Shown here: piece after piece, positions 29,101-37,146 of the stretch | Numbering within the stretch: the stretch's first letter is position 1 | Layout: each line of letters opens with the position of its first letter | Assembly (NCBI GenBank): GCA_033762295.1 | Contig: JANRLW010000023.1 | Coordinates: 1 to 38,202 of the forward strand | Reading direction: 5' to 3' | Origin: Capsulimonadales bacterium | GTDB lineage: Bacteria > Armatimonadota > Armatimonadia > Armatimonadales > Armatimonadaceae | DNA: 38,202 nucleotides | Notes under the pieces: model-generated | The model's input: only the letters and a program-made list of their open reading frames with translations | Database searches by the model: none | What the model was told of the DNA's origin: nothing | Position numbers and translations under genes: made by a program

Positions 29101-29244
29101 CTGCAAAAATCGGGGGGCCGGATGACCCCGGACGCCGTCGTCGCTCTGGCGAACGAGACCCTGTTTGCCCCCGGAATGTCAGGCGGAGAGACGGGGGACG
29201 ACGTACGGACGCGGGCCGGAACGCCGGGAGCCATCGCTTCGTAA
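26116..29244 (+). CDS. AfsR/SARP-family transcriptional regulator (BTAD + NB-ARC ATPase + TPR)
   Basis: LLAYLAL...REELADLLWP wHTH; BTAD segment DPLSEPLH; FFGREEEL, Walker A GTGGGGKT, LLVLDNFE, LEGIPLAIELAA; TPR repeats. Confidence 0.92.
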   Translation: MGAASWYIQMLGGLRVSDGTTVIERFRSAKFGALLAYLALNPDRLHTREELADLLWPEADPLTARANLRTGLASLRRQLEPPGTLEGTTLVSVGRDRLRIGSDVSTDVAAFERAVDAARRAAETTERVRHRERAVDLYPGPLLPGIYETWALNERERLESLYRDTLTDLADHWDREGEIGQALDYARRAVARDPLSEPLHGRILRLLMRSGQHGAARRQFAELEHTLNEQLGTRPSPQIAALLTVAPASSASSVSPDSPPHAVVPVVLAAAPIAPVNPALVEPAALPTVNSQFFGREEELAALSERLNDPLVRLITITGTGGGGKTRLAIEAGRWAASIWRVRFLSLIEVSDPGELVSRLADALQVPRSSDADLLTDVANALRTGKPTLLVLDNFESLLVADAAEAAAETIRGLLEAVPALKVLITSRQRLLIEEEHEFPLLPLETPTLPGSPTRLLEFAAVRLFQHRAQQVRPDFRLNTSNARTVAALCNRLEGIPLAIELAAGWAETLTPQQMLERLERRFDLLVSRRRHLAPRHRALRTVIESAWQYLSEDQQRFFARLSIFHGGWTAEAAEAVTGDSQAVFRLAELQDRSLVTLSGGDEPRFHLLETLREFAAERTDAAERAEIRGRHARFFLRLAEAPENDLRGPDQSAALKRLGHEEANLRAALRRAGEEGTDTETALRLTAVFWRYRMLRAQFSEGRQEIEQVLIRLFPDGNAPDGPSTVGPYAHTLHGEGCLARLQGDLKTARRRIESALLLFRSQADRKAVAMCLQNLAIVMQDGGEYEAARQGYLEALALRRELGDEDGVANALNSLGVLAFELGDLADARGYLEESIALRVRKGQSPRAPQWINLAETARHLGDRETARAGYEEAIALSRQNENRQTLATALAGLAIVKTMDGDPPETCRLFSEAVRLFREVGDEGSLAQALEYVGICLFEAKDLPRTRAIVRLWAAASAMRERIGIPVPPIERPAYERALSDARRALPAEFDDLQKSGGRMTPDAVVALANETLFAPGMSGGETGDDVRTRAGTPGAIAS

Positions 29245-29310
29245 TCGAGGAGGGGAGTTCACATCTTTAAGGCGCCTCAGTCTTTCGACGCTCGAAACCT
29301 TCGCCGGTTG

Positions 29311-29319
29311 TGATACAAT
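29311..29319 (+). promoter_or_regulatory. Putative extended -10 promoter (TGaTACAAT)
   Basis: TGATACAAT in the intergenic region upstream of the prepilin-like gene. Confidence 0.45.
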
Positions 29320-29382
29320 CCGACCGACGCACGAAAATACTACCTGTGGCATAGCTGCCGCCTTATGATGAAGGGAACGTTC

Positions 29383-30261
29383 ATGGTACGTCACTCCGAC
29401 CGTCCGCTGCGGATGGGGATTCGCCCCCGGACGGGCTTCACGCTGATCGAACTGCTCGTCGTCATCGCCATAATCGCGATTCTGGCGGCCATCCTTTTCC
29501 CGGTCTTCGCACAGGCCCGAGAGAAAGCCCGACAGATCACCTGTGTTTCGAACATGAAACAGATCGGCCTCGGCATCCTGATGTACTCGCAGGATTACGA
29601 CGAACAGTACCCGCTCGGCTCCTATCTGCTGACCGGCATGACCGCGGCGGTCACCTGGCAGGACCTGACCGAACCCTACATCAAAGTCGGCGCGGGCGGC
29701 ACCGGCATCAATATCGTTCAGCGACGTGACGTCGGCCTCTGGACCTGCCCGAGCATCTCCCCGAGCGCGAACAACCTGCCGGTGACGGCGGGCGATCCGC
29801 AGCCGTTCGCCGGATTTCCCAACGTGGCCAGCTTCTACTCCCGCGCCTTCAGCTATGTCAATAACAGCAACCTGATGCCGACCATGCACCGCAGTGCGCT
29901 CGATCTGGGCTGGTTCCCGATGGGGGTTCAGGGACAGGCGTCCGTCGATTCGCCGGCGCAACGGGTGCTCGCCGCCGAGGGATTGGGCTACGTCGGAAAT
30001 ACCGGAGGCGACGACTGGACCACCGGTTGCACCGGCATCGAGACCGGTTTTCCCAACCTGAGCGGACGCCTGATCGGACGCGCCGATAACTACTGCGGCG
30101 GTCGTTACCGGCACAGCGGCGGCGGCAACTTCGCCTTTGCCGACGGTCACGCCAAGTGGTTCCGCGCGCCGGGCGGCTCGTGGCGCAACCGTAGCGAAAC
30201 CGGAGTCGCCTGGCGTAAATCCCTCGCGCCCAACGCCGTGGCCTGGTTCCGCGAGGACTGA
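29383..30261 (+). CDS. Prepilin-type N-terminal cleavage/methylation protein, DUF1559 / H-X9-DG family
   Basis: [59 protein letters not shown] 29383 follows AAGGGA. Confidence 0.92.
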   Translation: MVRHSDRPLRMGIRPRTGFTLIELLVVIAIIAILAAILFPVFAQAREKARQITCVSNMKQIGLGILMYSQDYDEQYPLGSYLLTGMTAAVTWQDLTEPYIKVGAGGTGINIVQRRDVGLWTCPSISPSANNLPVTAGDPQPFAGFPNVASFYSRAFSYVNNSNLMPTMHRSALDLGWFPMGVQGQASVDSPAQRVLAAEGLGYVGNTGGDDWTTGCTGIETGFPNLSGRLIGRADNYCGGRYRHSGGGNFAFADGHAKWFRAPGGSWRNRSETGVAWRKSLAPNAVAWFRED

Positions 30262-30274
30262 AAGTCGGCAGACG

Positions 30275-31618
30275 GTGCGAATACTCTTTCTCTCTCCCGG
30301 CACCGGCAGCTTCTACTGCGGCAGCTGTATGCGCGATAACGCCCTGGCGATCGCGCTGCGTAAGAGGGGGCACGACGCCATGCTCGTGCCCCTGTACCTC
30401 GCGCCGACCCTCGATGAGGAGTCCGCCGCCGAGAACGCTCCGCTGTTCTACGGCGGTATCAACGTCTACCTGCAGCAGGCGTCCCCGATCTTCCGCCATA
30501 CCCCCCGCTGGATCGATCGGATGTTCGACTCGCCCGGCGCGCTTCAGGCCGCAGCCGGACGGGCCGGAATGACGCAGGCGCGGGACCTCGGCGCGCTGAC
30601 CGTCTCCACCCTGCGCGGCGAGGACGGAAATCAGGTCAAGGAACTGGAGCGGCTGACCGACTGGGTGGCGCGAGAGGGAAAGCCCGATGTCGTCTGCCTC
30701 TCGAACGCCCTCCTGCTCGGACTTGCGCGGCGGATCAAACGGGCCACCGGAGCGGTGGTCGCCTGCACCCTGCAAGGGGAGGATACCTTCCTCGATGCCC
30801 TGACCGAACCGTACCGGACGCAGGCGTGGAACACCCTGTCGGAGCGGGCGCGGGACGTCGACGCCCTGATCGCCGTCAGCCGCTACCATGCCGACATCAT
30901 GACCCGACGGGCCAAACTCATCCCCGATAAGGTCCACGTCATCTACAACGGTATCCTTCTCGACGGATACGGACCTAAACCGCCGCTGACCGCCGGTCAA
31001 AAGCCGGTGCTTGGCTATCTGGCGCGGATGTACGCGCCCAAAGGGCTTACCACCCTGGTCGATGCCTATATCCTGCTCCGGGAGCGGGGGAGGATCAACC
31101 ATCTGCAGCTGCACGTGGCCGGAGCGCAGACCGCCGCCGATGTCCCTTACGTCGCACAACTGCAGGCGAAACTGGATGCCGCCGGGTACGGACGCGACGT
31201 CGCCTTCCTGCCGAACCTCGACCGCAAGGAGAAGGTCGCCTTTCTCCGGGGGCTGTCCGTCCTTTCCGTTCCGGCAACCTACGGCGAATCGTTCGGCCTG
31301 TACGTGCTGGAGGCTCTGGCGGCCGGAGTGCCCGTCGTCCAACCCCGGCACGCCGTCTTCCCGGAACTGCTGGAACAGACCGGCGGCGGGGTGCTGTGCG
31401 AACCGAACGATCCGGCGGCCCTGGCGGACGCAGTGGAAAACCTCCTGCGCGACCCGACCGCCGCCCTGGCGCTCGGGGAAGCCGGACGCCGGACGGTGAA
31501 CGAACGGTTTAGCGTCGAGACGATGGCGCAACACGTCGAACAGGTATTCGTCACGGCCAACCCGAAGCGGGAGACGTCGACGATCTACTCCGGTATTTCC
31601 GGCAAGGATGGAGAGTGA
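30275..31618 (+). CDS. Glycosyltransferase family 4 (GT-B fold)
   Basis: GTG start MRILFLSPG; LIAVS, VHVIYNGI, LGYLARM..PKG, ESFGLYVLEALAAGVPVV. Confidence 0.9.
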   Translation: MRILFLSPGTGSFYCGSCMRDNALAIALRKRGHDAMLVPLYLAPTLDEESAAENAPLFYGGINVYLQQASPIFRHTPRWIDRMFDSPGALQAAAGRAGMTQARDLGALTVSTLRGEDGNQVKELERLTDWVAREGKPDVVCLSNALLLGLARRIKRATGAVVACTLQGEDTFLDALTEPYRTQAWNTLSERARDVDALIAVSRYHADIMTRRAKLIPDKVHVIYNGILLDGYGPKPPLTAGQKPVLGYLARMYAPKGLTTLVDAYILLRERGRINHLQLHVAGAQTAADVPYVAQLQAKLDAAGYGRDVAFLPNLDRKEKVAFLRGLSVLSVPATYGESFGLYVLEALAAGVPVVQPRHAVFPELLEQTGGGVLCEPNDPAALADAVENLLRDPTAALALGEAGRRTVNERFSVETMAQHVEQVFVTANPKRETSTIYSGISGKDGE

Positions 31619-32204
31619 ACGAGTGGGAAACGAACAGACGGCACAGCCCGGAACGACATGGCTTGTGTTCGCCCTGATGACCGTGGTCTCCTGGGGCGTC
31701 TACGGTGTCTTTCTGCATACCGGACAGATGGCGATGGGAGACCCGGTCAACGGGCGGTATAAGGCGTTCCTGTTTGTCGGGCTTGCCTACTTTCTGACGG
31801 CGGTTCTGGCGCCGCTGGCGATCCTGCTGCTCAACGGAGCGTCCTGGCAGATGCCGGTCAAGGGGATGGGCTGGTCGCTGGTGGCGGGAATCGTCGGGGC
31901 GATCGGCGCGTTCTGCGTTCTGCTGGCCTTCGGCGCGAAAGGCCAGCCGCCGGTCGTCATGTCGATCGTCTTCGGGGGCGCGCCGATCGTGAACGCCGTG
32001 GTCGCGATCGCTCAGCATCCGCCGGAAGGGGGACTCTCCTCGATCAAATGGCCGTTCTACCTCGGTCTGGCGCTGGCGGCGATCGGCGGCTGTCTGGTGA
32101 CGCTGTATCGACCGGCGTCCGCCCCGGCGAAGAAACCTGTCGCATCGGTCGAGGGAGGCGCTTCGCCCGTGGCCGCCTCGCCCGTGGCCGCCGCCGACCG
32201 ATGA
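31608..32204 (+). CDS. Multi-pass membrane protein (about 5 TM, EamA/DMT-like half)
   Basis: Five hydrophobic segments with SWGVYG and GGAPIVNA. Overlaps both flanking genes. Confidence 0.75.
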   Translation: MESERVGNEQTAQPGTTWLVFALMTVVSWGVYGVFLHTGQMAMGDPVNGRYKAFLFVGLAYFLTAVLAPLAILLLNGASWQMPVKGMGWSLVAGIVGAIGAFCVLLAFGAKGQPPVVMSIVFGGAPIVNAVVAIAQHPPEGGLSSIKWPFYLGLALAAIGGCLVTLYRPASAPAKKPVASVEGGASPVAASPVAAADR

Positions 32205-32908
32205 ACGGTCTACCGATCCTGGACCTGAAAAGCGTCCGCAAGGTCTACCGGGGGACCGACGGCGCGCCCGATACCCCCGTACTGGAAAATGTCGACCTGC
32301 GCCTCGCTCCGGGCGAGTCCGTCGCCATCGTCGGCCCGTCCGGCGCGGGGAAAAGCACCCTTCTGAATATCATCGGCACGCTGGACCGACCGGATTCCGG
32401 GACGGTTCTGCTCGACGGGAAGGACGTGACCGCCCTCAACGACGAGGGACTGGCGCAGGTGCGCGCACGGGAGATCGGGTTCATCTTTCAACTGCACCAT
32501 CTTCTGCCGCAATGCACCGTCCTGGAAAACGTCCTGATCCCGACCCTGGCGGGCGAACCGGACAACCGGCGTGAGAAGGCGACGGATCGCGCCCGGCGTC
32601 TGCTCGAACGCGTCGGACTCTCCGGGCGGATCGGTCATCGACCCGGACAACTGTCAGGCGGCGAACGACAGCGGGTCGCGGTCGTCCGCGCGCTCATCAA
32701 CGAACCCCGCCTGCTGCTCGCCGACGAACCGACCGGCGCATTGGACGTCAGCAACGCCAATCATCTGGCCGACCTGCTGATCGAACTGAACCGGGAGGAA
32801 GGGGTCGCCCTCCTGACGATCACCCATGCCCGGGAGATTGCCGCCCGGATGGCGAAGGTGTACGAACTGCGCGACGGACGCCTGCGCTCGATGGAAAGCG
32901 GACCATGA
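32201..32908 (+). CDS. ABC transporter ATP-binding protein (LolD/MacB-like)
   Basis: GPSGAGKST, LSGGERQRVA, LLADEPTG, ITH. ATGA overlaps at both ends. Confidence 0.95.
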   Translation: MNGLPILDLKSVRKVYRGTDGAPDTPVLENVDLRLAPGESVAIVGPSGAGKSTLLNIIGTLDRPDSGTVLLDGKDVTALNDEGLAQVRAREIGFIFQLHHLLPQCTVLENVLIPTLAGEPDNRREKATDRARRLLERVGLSGRIGHRPGQLSGGERQRVAVVRALINEPRLLLADEPTGALDVSNANHLADLLIELNREEGVALLTITHAREIAARMAKVYELRDGRLRSMESGP

Positions 32909-35900
32909 GTTTGTGGCGCTACCTGATCGGAAGCCTGCGTTTTCACGGACGCTCGCACCTGGGCGTCTTCCTCGGCGCGGCCCTGGCGACCGCGATCATC
33001 ACCGGCGCGCTCGCGGTCGGCGACTCGGTGCGCCATAGCCTGCGACGACTGGCGCTCGCCCGGATCGGAAACACCGAACTCGCCCTGACCAACCCGGCCC
33101 GCTTCTTTCGCGAGCAGCTGGGCGACGAACTGTCGAAGGAACTGAACGCCCCCGCCGCCGCGATACTGCTCCTGCGCGGGACGGCGACCGGAGAAAAAGC
33201 CGACGGCACGGGCGGCGAGGTCCGCGCCGGGCGGGTACAGGCGCTCGGGGTCACCGACGCGTTCTGGCGCGTTGCGGGAGCGAACCCGCCCACCTTTCGC
33301 AGCGATGCGGACGACGATGGCGAGGGGACGGCGGCCATCAACGATCGCCTGGCCAAAACCCTCGGAATCGGTGTCGGCGATGACCTCCTTCTGCGGGTGG
33401 ACAAGCCGAGTCTCCTTTCGCGGGACGCCCCGCTCTCGACGATTGAAGACGCCACCGTCACCCTGCGCCTGACCGTCGCCGCGATCACCGACGATGAAAA
33501 CGCCGGGCGCTTCAGTCTGGAAGCCAATCAGGTGGCTCCCTTCAACGTTTTTATCCCGCGCGCCGTGCTGCAAAAACGCGTCGGCATGGAAGGGCGGGCC
33601 AATACCCTGCTGGTCGGACGACCCGACGATCGGCCGCTCGACCCGTCCGCGGCGACCGGCGCGCTCTGGAAACGCTGGGAACTGACCGACTCCGGCCTGG
33701 AACTGCGCGAGGTGAGGGGCAAGGGGACGCTGGACCTGCGGACGACCCGCGTCTTTCTCGATCCGCCCATCGGCGAGGCCGCCCTGACCGCAACCCCCGA
33801 CGCCCGCGGCGTGCTGACCTATTTCGTCAATGAACTGCGAGTCGGCGATCGGGCGACCCCCTATTCGACGGTGACCGCCATCCGTGGCGCGCCGCTGCCC
33901 GCCGACCTGAAGGACGACGAAGCGGTCGTCAACCGGTGGTTCGCCGACGATGTCGGGGCGAAGGTCGGGGACCGACTGACCCTGACCTACTGGATCGTCG
34001 GACCGATGCGCCGGCTGGAGGAGCGGAAAAGCGATTTTCGTATCCGGGCGATCCTGCCGATGGAGACCGCCGCCGACCCCGACCTGATGCCCGACATTCC
34101 CGGCCTTTCCGACAAGAAGGATTGCCGCGACTGGGAACCGGGCGTCCCGGTCGATCTGAACCGCATCCGCGATAAGGATCAGACCTACTGGGAACGGTAT
34201 CGGGGCAGTCCGAAGGCGTTTATTACCCTGCGAGCGGGGCAGCGTATCTGGAACAACCGCTTCGGGGACCTGACGGCGGTTCGTTACCCGGTGAGCGGTC
34301 CGGCAGGGAAAGGCTCGATCGAGATGTGTCTGCGGCAGGCGCTCAGCCCGGCCTCCCAGGGACTGTTCTTTCAGCCGGTGCGGGAGCGTGCGCTCAAAGC
34401 CAGCGGCGAATCGCTCGATTTCGGCCAGTTGTTCCTCGGCTTCAGCCTGTTTTTGATCGTCGCCGCCCTGCTGTTGACCGGGTTGCTGTTCGCGTTCGGG
34501 ATCGAACAGCGCACCGGGGAGATGGGGACACTGCTGGCCCTCGGTTTCACTCCCCGGCGCGTTCGCGGCCTTCTGCTGGCCGAGGGGGTCCTGGTATCGG
34601 TTCCCGCGGCCCTGGTCGGGGTCGGACTCGCGACCCTGTACACGCGGGCGGTCATCGCCGGGCTTTCCTCGGTCTGGAGCGGAGCGGTCGCCGACACCGT
34701 CCTGCGCTTCGCCGTCACCCCCGCAACGCTGGTGATCGGCGCGCTCTCCGGAATCCTGATGGCCCTGTTCTCCATCTTCCCGGTAACGCGACGGCAGGCG
34801 GCCGCGCCGGTTCGGGAACTGCTGGCGGCCGGCGCGGAATCGGAGACGCGACTGCTGACCGGGCCGACCGTACGACGGCACGCCGGCCTGCCGACCGCCG
34901 CCCTCGCGTTTATCCTTGCCGTGGCGCTGCTTGCGTTCACGGGGCGGGGTGGCAGTTCGGAGATGTCGGCGGGCCTTTTCTTCGGGGCCGGCGCGTTGCT
35001 GCTGATCTCGGCGATCGGCTTATCCCGCTATGTGCTGTCGCTGGCCTCGGGCACGAAAACGGATAGCCTGCCGGATATCGGCACACTGGCGCGGCGCAAC
35101 GCCCTGCGTCGGCTCGGGCGTAGCCTCAGCGCCGTCACGCTGCTGGCCTCGGGCGCGTTTCTGGTCATCGCGGTCGGGGCGAACCGGCACGACCCGGAGG
35201 AGGGGGCGCGGGAACGCTCCTCCGGGACCGGCGGTTTCGCCCTGTACGCCGAGGCGTCGCTGCCGGTGTTTCAGGACCTGAACACCGACGAGGGGCAGGA
35301 AGCCTTCGGCATCGAACCCACCCTCATGAAGGAGGCGCGCGTTCTGGCGTTGCGCTTCCGGGAAGGCGACGACGCCAGCTGTCTGAATCTCAACCGGGCA
35401 CAGACGCCGCGCCTGTTCGGGGTCGCGTCGAACGAGCTGCGGCAGCGCAAAGCGTTCACCTTTACCGGGACGACGGAGCGTGCCGACGACCCCTGGGGAC
35501 TGCTCGATTCCGCGCCGACGGACGGAACGATTCCGGTGATCGGGGACACGAACACCGTCATCTGGTCGCTCGGGAAGAAACTGGGAGACGTCGTTCCGAT
35601 CACCGATGATCGGGGGGAGACGCACCGGCTTCGGATCGTCGGAGTTCTGGCCAACTCGGTGCTGCAGGGAGGCTTGATACTCTCCGAGACGCAGTTCGTC
35701 CGGTTGTTCCCGACACAGAGCGGGTACCAGGTGTTCCTGATCGACGCTCCGGCGGCGACGGCGGCGGCGGTTTCCGGCGCGTTGACGAAAGCGTTGGAGG
35801 ACAACGGATTGAGTGTCACCCCGGCGGCACAGCGTCTGGCGGCGTTCAATACCGTTGAGAATACCTACCTGTCGATCTTCGCGATTCTGGGTGGTCTGGG

Positions 35901-36243
35901 TCTGTTGCTCGGAAGCCTGGGACTGGGCATCCTCGTTCTGCGGAACGTCTGGGAGCGGCGCGGGGAACTGGCGCTGTTGCGGGCGGTCGGCTGGCGGACG
36001 GCGGCGATCTACCGACTGGTCTTTCTGGAGCATGCCCTGTTGCTGACGCTGGGTTTGCTGGCGGGCATCGTGTCGGCGCTGGTGGCGGTCCTGCCGGCTT
36101 TGCGTTCGCCGGGAGCGGACGTTCCCTACCTCTCACTGACGATGACTCTGCTGGCGGTCCTTGTCACCGGCTTCCTGTTCACCGGCCTGGCGACCGCGCT
36201 CGCCCTGCGCACCCCGTTGCTCGCCGCCCTTCGTAACGAGTAA
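32905..36243 (+). CDS. ABC transporter permease, duplicated MacB-PCD/FtsX architecture
   Basis: Two FtsX-like halves (EQRTGEMGTLLALGF; ERRGELALLRAVGW) with large extracytoplasmic domains. Confidence 0.9.
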   Translation: MSLWRYLIGSLRFHGRSHLGVFLGAALATAIITGALAVGDSVRHSLRRLALARIGNTELALTNPARFFREQLGDELSKELNAPAAAILLLRGTATGEKADGTGGEVRAGRVQALGVTDAFWRVAGANPPTFRSDADDDGEGTAAINDRLAKTLGIGVGDDLLLRVDKPSLLSRDAPLSTIEDATVTLRLTVAAITDDENAGRFSLEANQVAPFNVFIPRAVLQKRVGMEGRANTLLVGRPDDRPLDPSAATGALWKRWELTDSGLELREVRGKGTLDLRTTRVFLDPPIGEAALTATPDARGVLTYFVNELRVGDRATPYSTVTAIRGAPLPADLKDDEAVVNRWFADDVGAKVGDRLTLTYWIVGPMRRLEERKSDFRIRAILPMETAADPDLMPDIPGLSDKKDCRDWEPGVPVDLNRIRDKDQTYWERYRGSPKAFITLRAGQRIWNNRFGDLTAVRYPVSGPAGKGSIEMCLRQALSPASQGLFFQPVRERALKASGESLDFGQLFLGFSLFLIVAALLLTGLLFAFGIEQRTGEMGTLLALGFTPRRVRGLLLAEGVLVSVPAALVGVGLATLYTRAVIAGLSSVWSGAVADTVLRFAVTPATLVIGALSGILMALFSIFPVTRRQAAAPVRELLAAGAESETRLLTGPTVRRHAGLPTAALAFILAVALLAFTGRGGSSEMSAGLFFGAGALLLISAIGLSRYVLSLASGTKTDSLPDIGTLARRNALRRLGRSLSAVTLLASGAFLVIAVGANRHDPEEGARERSSGTGGFALYAEASLPVFQDLNTDEGQEAFGIEPTLMKEARVLALRFREGDDASCLNLNRAQTPRLFGVASNELRQRKAFTFTGTTERADDPWGLLDSAPTDGTIPVIGDTNTVIWSLGKKLGDVVPITDDRGETHRLRIVGVLANSVLQGGLILSETQFVRLFPTQSGYQVFLIDAPAATAAAVSGALTKALEDNGLSVTPAAQRLAAFNTVENTYLSIFAILGGLGLLLGSLGLGILVLRNVWERRGELALLRAVGWRTAAIYRLVFLEHALLLTLGLLAGIVSALVAVLPALRSPGADVPYLSLTMTLLAVLVTGFLFTGLATALALRTPLLAALRNE

Positions 36244-36291
36244 CGGGCCGCCTCGTCATTCTCCATTAGGCATGTTATTGTGGTTTTCTTG

Positions 36292-36312
36292 CTGTTAAAA
36301 GTACCTGTTTTT
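36292..36312 (+). promoter_or_regulatory. Candidate regulator site shared with the RTX upstream region
   Basis: CTGTTAAAAGTACCTGTTTTT versus CTGTTAAAAATACCTGATTTT at 5050-5070 (19/21 identical). Confidence 0.45.
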
Positions 36313-36446
36313 CACGATTTTTTACGCGTTCCTGGCCCGATTGTCCGGTTTGTCTATATATTTAAGGTGGATGTCGGACAACCCGATGCGGAGTTGGAAA
36401 AAGGCCCGGAAAAACGCTTCCGGGCAGGAGAGGTCCCTGAAGCGTT

Positions 36447-37076
36447 ATGGTTTCCCTGATTAAACAATGGCTCGCGGTTGGCGCTCTGCTCCTGATCGCC
36501 ACGCCGGTCGATGCCGAAGTCGTTTCGCTGACGCTTGGTATCCGAATGAACTGCCCCTACGGCCTGGCCGGGTGATGGGGGAACGTCCGATACGGACTGG
36601 CACGCCTGGAGGGCGTGGAAACGATCTCTGAAACGGCCGATGCGGCGGCCCAGACCTGCGAAATACGCATGAAAGGTCCGGGTATTCCCGACCCCAGGGC
36701 TCTGGCCGACCATATCGAGCGGAAGATGCGGGTGGGGGCGACCCTGCGTGGCATCGAAATCAAGGCGGTCGGTCGCCTCACCGAGCGAGACGACGGCCTC
36801 TATCTCGAAATTTCCGGAACGAAAGAAACGATCCGACTGGCCGCCCTGCGCCGAAAGGTGCAGTGGGATATACCCGCCGGGCGGGAACAGGAGGCGACAC
36901 CCGCCGAGAAAAACGCCTTCGAGCGACTGCGCGGATCACGCAAAAACGAACTCGTTCTGGTGACCGGGCCGCTCGTCCGACCGGTCGGCGAGGAACCGAT
37001 GGTGCTCGAAGTGCGCTCCTTCGGTCCCGCTCCGACCCGACGGACCGCTCCCCCCCGCTCACCGTCCGGACCATAA
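36447..37076 (+). CDS. Putative exported HMA-like (ferredoxin-fold) metal-binding selenoprotein, in-frame UGA at codon 43
   Basis: ATG 36447 is in frame with the track ORF 36615..37076. Translation: MVSLIKQWLAVGALLLIATPVDA|EVVSLTLGIRMNCPYGLAG(TGA 36573-36575)WGNVRYGLARLEGVETISET... This fits the HMA pattern M-x-C..C-xxx-V-xx-xL-xx-L-x-GV. A hairpin follows the TGA. Confidence 0.7.
36576..36600 (+). promoter_or_regulatory. Candidate bacterial SECIS element
   Basis: GTCCG-ATA-CGGAC (36585-36597), alternatively a GUCC/GGAC stem with a G-first loop GAUAC, starting 9 nt after the UGA. Confidence 0.4.
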
Positions 37077-37091
37077 CCGGACCATAACCGG
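37066..37091 (+). repeat. 11-bp tandem duplication spanning the stop codon
   Basis: CCGGACCATAA at 37066-37076 and 37077-37087, then CCGG. Confidence 0.85.
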
Positions 37092-37146
37092 CAAACGATT
37101 GTACTGATGAATATTGTTGCTTTTCAAGAGAATGGAAGTGGTTTTC

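Noticed and set aside
36615..37076. 153-aa ORF starting at GTG 36615 as the real gene
   Set aside because: Starts mid-domain (LEGV of the HMA-like motif). The upstream in-frame segment supplies the signal peptide and Cys motif, so read-through or a pseudogene explains it better.
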